Origin: an uncultured Aestuariivirga sp.
GTDB taxonomy: Bacteria; Pseudomonadota; Alphaproteobacteria; Rhizobiales; Aestuariivirgaceae
Assembly (NCBI GenBank): GCA_964604435.1
Contig: CAZRZB010000002.1
Coordinates: 4,252 to 68,251, forward strand
Reading direction: 5' to 3'
DNA length: 64,000 bases
Each line of letters begins with the position of its first letter. The stretch's first letter is position 1. The notes below the pieces were generated by a model that did not search any database, was not told where the DNA came from, and saw only the letters and a program-made list of their open reading frames with translations. The position numbers and the translations under genes were made by a program. Positions 1-7,634 of this stretch are shown here, in pieces.

Positions 1-190
1 GCCGATCATTCTCGGCTCAAGCATTGATGCACCGCAAGGGACGATTTCGATCAATCCAGCCTCCGGTCATGCCAATGTCTGGTCGCGGGTGGGGCGAGCC
101 AACCGCTCCGGGCAATTTTCCATCGTGCATCAGTCGCTGTCGCAAATCGATGCCGACCCCTACCTTATCGGCCCCTATAGAGCCGCCTGA
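1..190 (+). CDS. amiC: 3' end of AmiC-type amide-sensing negative regulator (partial, runs off window)
   Basis: Frame 2 reads PIILGSSIDAPQGTISINPASGHANVWSRVGRANRSGQFSIVHQSLSQIDADPYLIGPYRAA*. DAPQG...GQF...DPY is the C-terminus of AmiC/UrtA-fold proteins, and it lies directly upstream of an ANTAR regulator. Not in the ORF track. Confidence 0.7.
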   Translation, partial: PIILGSSIDAPQGTISINPASGHANVWSRVGRANRSGQFSIVHQSLSQIDADPYLIGPYRAA

Positions 191-208
191 CGTCATGCAG
201 CCACGACG

Positions 209-787
209 ATGAGTCATTCCGCCGAACAATTGTCCCGCCTACGGATTCTCCTTGTCTGTCAAATGGACTCGGAGGGGCAGACGTTGCTACGGCACCTGCA
301 GCGCACGCGCGCTGCCGTCATGCACATGTGGCCGGCTCCTGAGCGAATTGGAGAGAATGCCGATGTACTGCTATGCGAATATGGCCCCGGACTCAGGCAA
401 CGCCTGGCCTGGATGCCTGGTGAACCTCGAGCTGCCTTGATCGTTCTGTTGCCGCAAACTGGGCGCCTCGATTTGCGCGAACTCCAGGCAGCTTGCCCGG
501 ATGCGGTCCTGCATCGTCCCTATCTTCCCGATGCCATCGATGTCGCGCTGATGGTTGGCCTCGATCACTTCAACTTTGGCAAGCGGCAGAGAATGCGTAT
601 TGCGCGCATGGACGAAAACATCCATGCCATGCGCGATATTGAAATGGCTAAGCACGTCATCATGGCGCGCAAGCAGGTCGGCGAGGCCGAAGCATTTCGC
701 ATGCTGCGCGACATGGCGATGCAGCGCCGAATGACGGTTGCATCAGTCGCTTCCAAATTCGTTGACTCTCCCCACGATCTGATTTAA
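209..787 (+). CDS. amiR: AmiR-type ANTAR antiterminator (pseudo-receiver + ANTAR)
   Basis: C-terminal IEMAKHVIMARKQVGEAEAFRMLRDMAMQRRMTV is an ANTAR motif; degenerate receiver N-terminus; adjacent to amiC and amiE. Confidence 0.85.
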   Translation: MSHSAEQLSRLRILLVCQMDSEGQTLLRHLQRTRAAVMHMWPAPERIGENADVLLCEYGPGLRQRLAWMPGEPRAALIVLLPQTGRLDLRELQAACPDAVLHRPYLPDAIDVALMVGLDHFNFGKRQRMRIARMDENIHAMRDIEMAKHVIMARKQVGEAEAFRMLRDMAMQRRMTVASVASKFVDSPHDLI

Positions 788-813
788 AGAATCTTCATCC
801 GTTTAGGCGGGAA

Positions 814-892
814 GCGGCAACAATGCCGCGCAAATAGATAGGCAATATCGCCTCCATGATTGACCATAACTTGGTCAGCGTGGGGGTTTTTT
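814..892 (+). promoter_or_regulatory. ANTAR target leader 1: two small hairpins, the second overlapping an intrinsic terminator
   Basis: P1 GCGGC-AACAAT-GCCGC (814-829); P2 AGGC-AATATC-GCCT (840-853). The 3' arm of P2 is the 5' arm of terminator GCCTCCATG..TGACCA-TAACT-TGGTCA..CGTGGGGG followed by TTTTTT (850-892). Confidence 0.8.
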
Positions 893-912
893 GCTATTTC
901 AGGGAGGAAATA

Positions 913-2160
913 ATGACTATCAAGAGACGTAATTTTCTAAAAGGATCTGCTGCTTTGGGCGCGGGCGTCCTCGGCGGCTTTCCCCACATCTGGATCAAGG
1001 ATTACTCGCTTGCGCGCGCCGCCGGCGGCGAAATCAAGGTCGGCGTGTTGTTTTCACTGACTGGCACGACCGCGATCATCGAAGAGTCCCTCAACAAAGC
1101 CACGATTATGGCGATCGAGGAAATCAACGCGGTCGGTGGCATCAACGGCATGCAAATCACGCCGATAGTCGAAGACCCAGCTTCGGATCCTGCGACATTT
1201 GCTGAAAAAGCGCGCAAGCTCGTGGTCGGCGATAAATGCGTCAGCGTGTTCGGCTCCTATACTTCTGCGAGCCGCAAGGCCGTGCTCCCGGTATTCGAAA
1301 AGCGCAACAACCTCTACTTCTATCCGACCCTGTACGAGGGTCGCGAGTGCTCGAAAAACGTGATCTACACCGGTGCCGTGCCCAACCAGCAGCAGGACGA
1401 GTTCGTACCTTGGCTGGTCGAGAAATTCGGCAAGAAGTTCTTCCTCATCGGATCGAACTACATCTATCCGAAGGAAGAGAACAATTACTGCAAGAAGCTG
1501 CTCGAGAAGCTCGGCGCTGAAGTGGTGAACGAGGAGTACGTGCCGCTCGGACATTCGGAATTCAGCTCGGTCATAAACAAGATCAAGAGCACGCAACCGA
1601 ACGTGATCTTCTCGACCGTCGTCGGTGACTCGGTTGTGGCTTTGCACCGCCAGTATCGCGCGGCCGGCCTCGACCCCGAAAAGATGCCAATGGCAAGCCT
1701 TACAACCTCCGAAAACGAAGTCGCCGCCATGGGTGGCGATGCTGCAGCCGGCCACTTCACTTCGGCTCCCTACTTCATGGTCCACAAATCGCCAGAGAAC
1801 GAGAAGTTCGTTGCCGCCTACAAAAAACGCTGGGGCGACGACAAAGTCACCCATTTCGTGTCGGAACCCTGCTATTTCCAGATGTATCTCTTCAAGCAGG
1901 CCATCGAAAAGCTGGCGGGAAGCGATATTTCGCCCGACACCATCCGCGAGGCGATCAAGGGTCAAGAGCTGATTGCGCCGCAAGGCAAGATCCGTCTTGA
2001 GAAGGAGAACCTCCATACCTGGCTGTGGCCAAAGATCGCCGTAGCCAAATCAGATGGCCAGTTCGAGATCCTCAAGGATTCAGCAGAATGGAAGGCACCG
2101 GATCCCTATGCGGCTTATCCCAATCAGAAGTGCACTGAAGCAGGTCTGAAGGAAATTTAA
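913..2160 (+). CDS. urtA: Urea/short-chain amide ABC transporter substrate-binding protein, Tat-exported
   Basis: RBS GGAGG before ATG 913; twin-arginine RRNFLK; IKVGVLFSLTGT, FGSYTSASRKAVLP and YPTLYEG motifs of the UrtA/FmdD family. Confidence 0.8.
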   Translation: MTIKRRNFLKGSAALGAGVLGGFPHIWIKDYSLARAAGGEIKVGVLFSLTGTTAIIEESLNKATIMAIEEINAVGGINGMQITPIVEDPASDPATFAEKARKLVVGDKCVSVFGSYTSASRKAVLPVFEKRNNLYFYPTLYEGRECSKNVIYTGAVPNQQQDEFVPWLVEKFGKKFFLIGSNYIYPKEENNYCKKLLEKLGAEVVNEEYVPLGHSEFSSVINKIKSTQPNVIFSTVVGDSVVALHRQYRAAGLDPEKMPMASLTTSENEVAAMGGDAAAGHFTSAPYFMVHKSPENEKFVAAYKKRWGDDKVTHFVSEPCYFQMYLFKQAIEKLAGSDISPDTIREAIKGQELIAPQGKIRLEKENLHTWLWPKIAVAKSDGQFEILKDSAEWKAPDPYAAYPNQKCTEAGLKEI

Positions 2161-2172
2161 GATTTGTGTCGA

Positions 2173-2200
2173 ACCGCGGCGGCCTCTGCGCCGCCGCGGT
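2173..2200 (+). other. GC-rich intergenic hairpin after the SBP gene (probable mRNA-stabilising or attenuating stem)
   Basis: ACCGCGGCGGC-CTCTGC-GCCGCCGCGGT perfect 11-bp stem with no U-tract. Confidence 0.5.
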
Positions 2201-2221
2201 CAATCCTATGGGCCGTGAGCA

Positions 2222-3091
2222 ATGGAATTTTTTGTCGAACAATTCGTTACCGGGCTCAGCATCGGCTCAATCCTGCTGATCGTCGCACTGGGCCTGCAGA
2301 TCATCTACGGTTCGATGGGCGTGATCAACATGGCCCATGGCGAATTCATTATGCTGGGCGCCTATGGCGCATGGGCGCTCAAGACGTTCCTCGGCATCAC
2401 CCTGTTCCCCGGCTTGATCCTCATCTTTGCCGGTCTTGCAATCCTCGGAGCCATCATTGAGCGCAGCGTGATCCGGCACCTCTACAAGCGGCCGATTGAC
2501 ACCATCCTGGCGACATGGGGCATCGGCGTGATCTTGCAGCAGGCCGTACGGCTGGCAGCTGGCGGCGAACTCCGCTATGTCGAAATGCCTCCAAGCCTCG
2601 CCGCAACCGTCAACCTGTTCGGCGTCGACGTCTCCGCCTACCGGCTGTTCATTATTATTGCAGGCGGCGTCCTCTTCGGAGGTACGTGGTATCTAATCAA
2701 CAAGACAACTGTGGGCATGAAGTTGCGCGCCGTTGTTCAGGACCGGAGCATAGCGACCGCTTTCGGCATCGATGCCGACCGCATTTATACCGGGACATTC
2801 GCCTATGGCGCGGGTCTTGCGGGTCTCGCGGGTGCGCTTGTTTCGCCTCTCAAGAGCGTGTCGCCTGAAATGGGTACGGGCTATGTGGTTGATGCGTTCT
2901 TCGTCGTCGTGCTCGGCGGCATCCAGAGTCTGCTCGGCACCGTCGCTAGCTCCTTCCTGCTCGGCCAGCTCACCGGGGTCCTTGCCTTCTGGCAGAATGA
3001 CACAATCGCAAAGGCGCTCGTGCTGATCGCCATTGTGGTGCTCATAAGATTCCGCCCGCAAGGCCTCTTCGTCGCGCGGGTGAGGACATGA
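2222..3091 (+). CDS. urtB: Urea/amide ABC transporter permease
   Basis: GVINMAHGEFIMLGAY and VDAFFVVVLGG motifs (LivH/UrtB family). Confidence 0.85.
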   Translation: MEFFVEQFVTGLSIGSILLIVALGLQIIYGSMGVINMAHGEFIMLGAYGAWALKTFLGITLFPGLILIFAGLAILGAIIERSVIRHLYKRPIDTILATWGIGVILQQAVRLAAGGELRYVEMPPSLAATVNLFGVDVSAYRLFIIIAGGVLFGGTWYLINKTTVGMKLRAVVQDRSIATAFGIDADRIYTGTFAYGAGLAGLAGALVSPLKSVSPEMGTGYVVDAFFVVVLGGIQSLLGTVASSFLLGQLTGVLAFWQNDTIAKALVLIAIVVLIRFRPQGLFVARVRT

Positions 3092-4194
3092 GATCCAAGA
3101 AAACCCTGGTCCAGATTGCTGTTTATGGCTTGGTCTGCCTTGTCATCCTAGCGCTTCCATTGGTGATCAATGACGACTTCCTGTTGAACCGCATCGACCG
3201 TTACCTCGTTCTGGCTATGGTCTCGATGGCGCTGTCGCTGTCATGGGGCTACGCCGGCATCCTGAATCTCGGTCAGGCCACGAGTTTCGGTATTGGTTCC
3301 TACTGCATGGCGATGGGCCTCAAGCTCAGGACCATTCCGGTGCACACGGGCTCCGAAGGTCTTCCGGATTTCATGGTTTGGAACAATGTCGAGGCTTTGC
3401 CATGGTTCTGGATGCCTTTCTATTCGATGACTTTCGCGATCGTCGCCGGTATCGCGCTGCCAATGATTCTCTCCGCAATTCTTGCATGGTTCATGTTCCG
3501 CGGCCGGGTCACTGGTGTGTATGTCGCTATCATCACCCTGGCCACTCTCGTTGTCGCCAATCTTCTGATCATCGACCAGCAATGGGCCACCGGCGGCTTC
3601 AACGGCATTACGGACCTTGCCCAGCTTGAGATTCTTGGCATCACCTTCGATGCCTACAGTTCAACGACCTATTATCTCATTGCCATCTGTCTCAGTGTCT
3701 GCCTGTTCTTCGCGCTTGCTGTGACCAAGAGCAAAGCTGGACTGATCCTGCAGGCGATCCGCGACCAGGAAGCACGCGTGCGCTTTTTCGGTTACGACGT
3801 TGCATTGTTCAAGACGATGGTGTTCTGCATCTCGGCGGGGATCGCAGGCCTTGCCGGCATGCTCTACACGATCGTGATGGAATTCGCCTCACCTACCTTC
3901 CTCAATGTGCCGCTCAGCCTGTCAATTGTTGTCTGGTGTGCCGTAGGCGGGCGTCAGAGCCTGGTGGGCGCTTTGCTCGGTGCTGTTTTGGTTGCCGGCA
4001 TGCAAGGCGCTCTTTCGGAGTCGGAAATTTTTCTCGATACGTGGACATTGGTGATGGGTGCGCTGTTCGTTCTCGTCGTGCTCTTCTTGCCAAACGGCAT
4101 TGCCAGCATATTTGAAAAAATTGTCCGGAAAGCGGGCCTTGAAACACCTACAGCTAAATCCGTTTCGAATACCGGAACGGTGGGGGGGCAATGA
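3088..4194 (+). CDS. urtC: Urea/amide ABC transporter permease
   Basis: WGYAGILNLGQ, LPDFMVWN...LPWFW and AIRDQEARVRFFGYD motifs typical of UrtC; 4-bp overlap with urtB. Confidence 0.85.
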   Translation: MRSKKTLVQIAVYGLVCLVILALPLVINDDFLLNRIDRYLVLAMVSMALSLSWGYAGILNLGQATSFGIGSYCMAMGLKLRTIPVHTGSEGLPDFMVWNNVEALPWFWMPFYSMTFAIVAGIALPMILSAILAWFMFRGRVTGVYVAIITLATLVVANLLIIDQQWATGGFNGITDLAQLEILGITFDAYSSTTYYLIAICLSVCLFFALAVTKSKAGLILQAIRDQEARVRFFGYDVALFKTMVFCISAGIAGLAGMLYTIVMEFASPTFLNVPLSLSIVVWCAVGGRQSLVGALLGAVLVAGMQGALSESEIFLDTWTLVMGALFVLVVLFLPNGIASIFEKIVRKAGLETPTAKSVSNTGTVGGQ

Positions 4195-4943
4195 CCATCC
4201 ACCTCGAACTCAAAGACGTCAGCGTGAGCTTCAACGGTTTCAAGGCGGTCGACAAGCTGTCTCTGTCGGTTGAAAAGGGCGAACTGCGTTGCCTGATCGG
4301 TCCGAACGGCGCTGGAAAGACAACCGCGCTTGATCTGATCTGTGGCAAGACCGCTCCAACCGCTGGCTCCATCGTTTATAAGGGCACGGAACTCAGCAAT
4401 CTTGAGGATTACGAGATAGCCCGTGCCGGTGTGGGCCGCAAGTTCCAGGTGCCAAGCGTGTTCCGTCAGCTGACGGTGCGGGAAAATCTTGAGGTTGCAT
4501 ATTGCAAGCACAACGGCGTGTTATCAAATCTGTTCCGCTGGGCCGGCTCTACGGACTCGGATGGCCTGGACAAACTCGCGGATTTCGTCGGGCTTGACGA
4601 CTATCTGAATGTTCCTGCAGCTCATTTATCTCATGGCCAGACGCAGTGGCTGGAGATCGCGCTGCTGCTGGCGCAGGACGCCGAACTCATCCTCCTTGAT
4701 GAACCCACGGCTGGCATGACGGCGCAGGAAACCCAAAAGACCGCCGATATCTGCAACCGGTTGAAAGGCAAGCATACGATCATCGTCGTCGAGCACGACA
4801 TGGGTTTCGTCAAGGAGATTGGTGACATCATCTCCGTCATGCATCAGGGAAAGCTCCTGGCGGAAGGAACTGTCAATAACATTGAGAACGACCCGAAGGT
4901 GAGACAGGTCTATTTGGGTTCGATGGGGATCAGCGGTGCTTGA
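4191..4943 (+). CDS. urtD: Urea/amide ABC transporter ATP-binding protein
   Basis: Walker A GPNGAGKT, GVGRKFQ, LSHGQTQWLEI, LLDEPTAGM. Confidence 0.85.
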   Translation: MTIHLELKDVSVSFNGFKAVDKLSLSVEKGELRCLIGPNGAGKTTALDLICGKTAPTAGSIVYKGTELSNLEDYEIARAGVGRKFQVPSVFRQLTVRENLEVAYCKHNGVLSNLFRWAGSTDSDGLDKLADFVGLDDYLNVPAAHLSHGQTQWLEIALLLAQDAELILLDEPTAGMTAQETQKTADICNRLKGKHTIIVVEHDMGFVKEIGDIISVMHQGKLLAEGTVNNIENDPKVRQVYLGSMGISGA

Positions 4944-5634
4944 GATCAGAAATCTCGAAGCCTTTTATGGCAACTCGCGCGCCCTGCAGGGCATCAATCT
5001 CAAGGTTGAGAGCGGCGGATTTGTCGCCGTGATAGGCCGCAACGGCGTCGGCAAGACCACGCTGCTCAAGGCAATTCTCGGACTCATGGATCGCAGCGGC
5101 GGTGACGTGATGCTTGACAAGCAGCAGCTCGCTTCCCTGCCGACCTTTAGACGCGCTCACGCCGGCATAGGCTACGTTCCACAGGGCCGCGGCATTCTCC
5201 CCACTTTTACAGTGCGCGAGAACCTCAAGATGGGAACATTCGCCCGCTCCAGTACTGCCGACAAAACATACGACGATCTCGTGTTCGAGCTCTTCCCGGT
5301 TCTCAAGGATTTTCTTGATCGCCAAGGCGGCAATCTTTCCGGTGGACAGCAGCAGCAGCTGGCAATCGGAAGGGCTCTCCTTACCAATCCGAAGATCATG
5401 CTGCTCGACGAACCGACTGAGGGCATCCAGCCCAACATCGTCGAGCAGATTGAACAGGCGATCATCAAGCTCAACAAGGTTCATGGGATAACTATGATGC
5501 TGGTTGAGCAGGATATTGAATTCGCAAGGCGTGCTTCGGACTCCTTCATTATTATGGAGAAGGGGCAGGTCGTGGCGGAGGGTCCGGTGAAAAACCTGAC
5601 GGACAATCTCGTGCACAAGCACCTGGCAATTTAA
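4936..5634 (+). CDS. urtE: Urea/amide ABC transporter ATP-binding protein
   Basis: GRNGVGKT, GYVPQGR, LSGGQQQQLAI, LLDEPTEGIQP. Confidence 0.85.
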   Translation: MLEIRNLEAFYGNSRALQGINLKVESGGFVAVIGRNGVGKTTLLKAILGLMDRSGGDVMLDKQQLASLPTFRRAHAGIGYVPQGRGILPTFTVRENLKMGTFARSSTADKTYDDLVFELFPVLKDFLDRQGGNLSGGQQQQLAIGRALLTNPKIMLLDEPTEGIQPNIVEQIEQAIIKLNKVHGITMMLVEQDIEFARRASDSFIIMEKGQVVAEGPVKNLTDNLVHKHLAI

Positions 5635-5685
5635 CGCTATGTGCCTGTGCGGAATCCCTAGGCTCAAGCATTAAGGAGAACTAAA

Positions 5686-6726
5686 ATGTACCATGGTGAT
5701 ATCTCTAGCAGTAACGACACAGTCGGCGTCGCCGTCGTCAACTACAAGATGCCGCGTCTTCATACGAAGAAAGAGGTGCTTGATAACGCCCGCAAGATAG
5801 GTGACATGGTAACTGGCATGAAGATAGGTCTGCCGGGCATGGATCTGGTGATCTTCCCCGAATACAGCACCCACGGCATCATGTACGACCAGAAGGAAAT
5901 GTACGAGACCGCCTCGCAGATACCCGGTGAAGAGACAGAGATATTTGCCCAGGCTTGCCGCAAAGCAAAGGTCTGGGGCGTATTTTCGCTGACCGGTGAA
6001 CGCCATGAAGAACACCCCAACAAGGCGCCTTACAACACGCTCATCCTGATGAACGACAAGGGCGAGATCGTCCAGAAATACCGGAAGATCATGCCGTGGG
6101 TGCCGATTGAAGGCTGGTATCCCGGTAACTGCACCTATGTGTCTGAAGGCCCCAAGGGCATGAAAATAAGCCTGATCATTTGCGATGATGGCAACTATCC
6201 CGAGATCTGGCGCGATTGCGCCATGAAGGGCGCTGAACTGATCGTCCGCTGCCAAGGCTACATGTATCCTGCCAAGGAACAGCAGATTCTCATGGCGAAG
6301 GCCATGGCCTGGACCAATAACACCTATGTGGCCGTGGCCAATGCTACGGGCTTTGATGGTGTTTATTCCTATTTCGGCCATTCGGCGGTCATCGGTTTCG
6401 ACGGCCGCACGCTGGGTGAATGCGGTGAAGAAGAGATGGGTATCCAGTATGCTGCGATCTCGAAATCCCTGATCCGTGACGCGCGCAAGAACATGCAGTC
6501 CGAGAACCACCTGTTCAAGCTGTTGCACCGCGGCTACACCGGAATGATCAACTCCGGAGAGTCGGCGTCTGGTGTTGCCGCATGCCCCTTTGACTTCTAT
6601 AAGAAGTGGATCACCGATCCCGAGGGCACACGCGAAATGGTCGAGGCGATCACGCGCTCCACGCCGGGAACTGATGAAAGCCCGATTGAGGGCATTCCCA
6701 ACCAGAAGACCCGCACTCACCGCTAG
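5686..6726 (+). CDS. amiE: Aliphatic amidase (nitrilase superfamily)
   Basis: [26 protein letters not shown] start; catalytic E (FPEYS), K (YRKIMPW) and C ([10 protein letters not shown]); 346 aa; strong RBS. Confidence 0.95.
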   Translation: MYHGDISSSNDTVGVAVVNYKMPRLHTKKEVLDNARKIGDMVTGMKIGLPGMDLVIFPEYSTHGIMYDQKEMYETASQIPGEETEIFAQACRKAKVWGVFSLTGERHEEHPNKAPYNTLILMNDKGEIVQKYRKIMPWVPIEGWYPGNCTYVSEGPKGMKISLIICDDGNYPEIWRDCAMKGAELIVRCQGYMYPAKEQQILMAKAMAWTNNTYVAVANATGFDGVYSYFGHSAVIGFDGRTLGECGEEEMGIQYAAISKSLIRDARKNMQSENHLFKLLHRGYTGMINSGESASGVAACPFDFYKKWITDPEGTREMVEAITRSTPGTDESPIEGIPNQKTRTHR

Positions 6727-6733
6727 GCGTAGT

Positions 6734-6765
6734 CCGGAGAGTGACGGCATGTCACTCTCCGGTTT
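6734..6765 (+). terminator. Stem-loop between amiE and cbbQ (weak terminator or stabiliser)
   Basis: CCGGAGAGTGAC-GGCAT-GTCACTCTCCGG followed by TTT. Confidence 0.55.
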
Positions 6766-6818
6766 CGGCCAGCAGAAAATCTGCGTACCACTTGACAAGA
6801 TGGACGGAAAACCAAGCG

Positions 6819-7616
6819 ATGGATTTGAGCAGCTATCTCATTGCCTCCGAGCCTTACTACAGGCCGGTGAAAAACGAGATAACACTTTTTGAAGCAGCCT
6901 ATTCGACCCGTTTGCCGATGATGCTGAAAGGACCAACGGGCTGTGGGAAAACCCGGTTCATCGAGCATATGGCTTGGCGTCTGAAAAGGCCGCTGATTAC
7001 AGTTGCCTGCCATGAGGACATGACCGCGTCAGATCTGGTCGGTCGCTTTCTCCTCGATGCCGCAGGCACTGTCTGGCACGATGGACCTTTGACACTTGCG
7101 GTCCGCTACGGTGCAATTTGCTACCTCGACGAAATCGTTGAAGCACGCCAGGACACAACAGTAGTTATTCATCCGCTAACTGACGATCGACGAATCCTGC
7201 CGCTTGAGAAAAAGAACGAATTGGTGCGCGCGCATCCCGATTTTCAACTCGTGATATCTTATAACCCAGGGTATCAGAGCGTGATCAAGGATCTGAAGGA
7301 ATCCACCAAGCAGCGCTTTGCGGCGCTCGACTTTACCTATCCCGAAGCGGTGATTGAATCCGAGATCGTTGCACATGAATCCGGAATAGATCGTAAAGAC
7401 GCAGAGTCCCTCGTCAGGATTGCTGAACGCACACGCAACCTAAAGGGCCATGGTCTTGACGAAGGGGTATCAACGCGCATGCTGATACAGGCCGGACGGT
7501 TGATGGGGCAGTCGATTCCGCTGGCCGAAGCCTGTGAGGTGGCGTTGGTATTGCCCATAACTGACGATCCGGACATGCGGCAAGCACTCACCGAGGTCAT
7601 TGCGGCCTGTGTGTAA
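6819..7616 (+). CDS. cbbQ: CbbQ/NirQ/NorQ-family MoxR AAA+ ATPase
   Basis: EPYY N-terminus, [22 protein letters not shown] (Walker A), [13 protein letters not shown] (Walker B), [23 protein letters not shown] 6819 is preferred over 6741, which lies inside the hairpin. Confidence 0.9.
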   Translation: MDLSSYLIASEPYYRPVKNEITLFEAAYSTRLPMMLKGPTGCGKTRFIEHMAWRLKRPLITVACHEDMTASDLVGRFLLDAAGTVWHDGPLTLAVRYGAICYLDEIVEARQDTTVVIHPLTDDRRILPLEKKNELVRAHPDFQLVISYNPGYQSVIKDLKESTKQRFAALDFTYPEAVIESEIVAHESGIDRKDAESLVRIAERTRNLKGHGLDEGVSTRMLIQAGRLMGQSIPLAEACEVALVLPITDDPDMRQALTEVIAACV

Positions 7617-7634
7617 ACAGGCCAGGATCCGCCA

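Noticed and set aside
856-912. ORF-track start of the SBP at 856
   Set aside because: It lies inside the terminator hairpin; ATG 913 has an RBS and gives a proper Tat signal.
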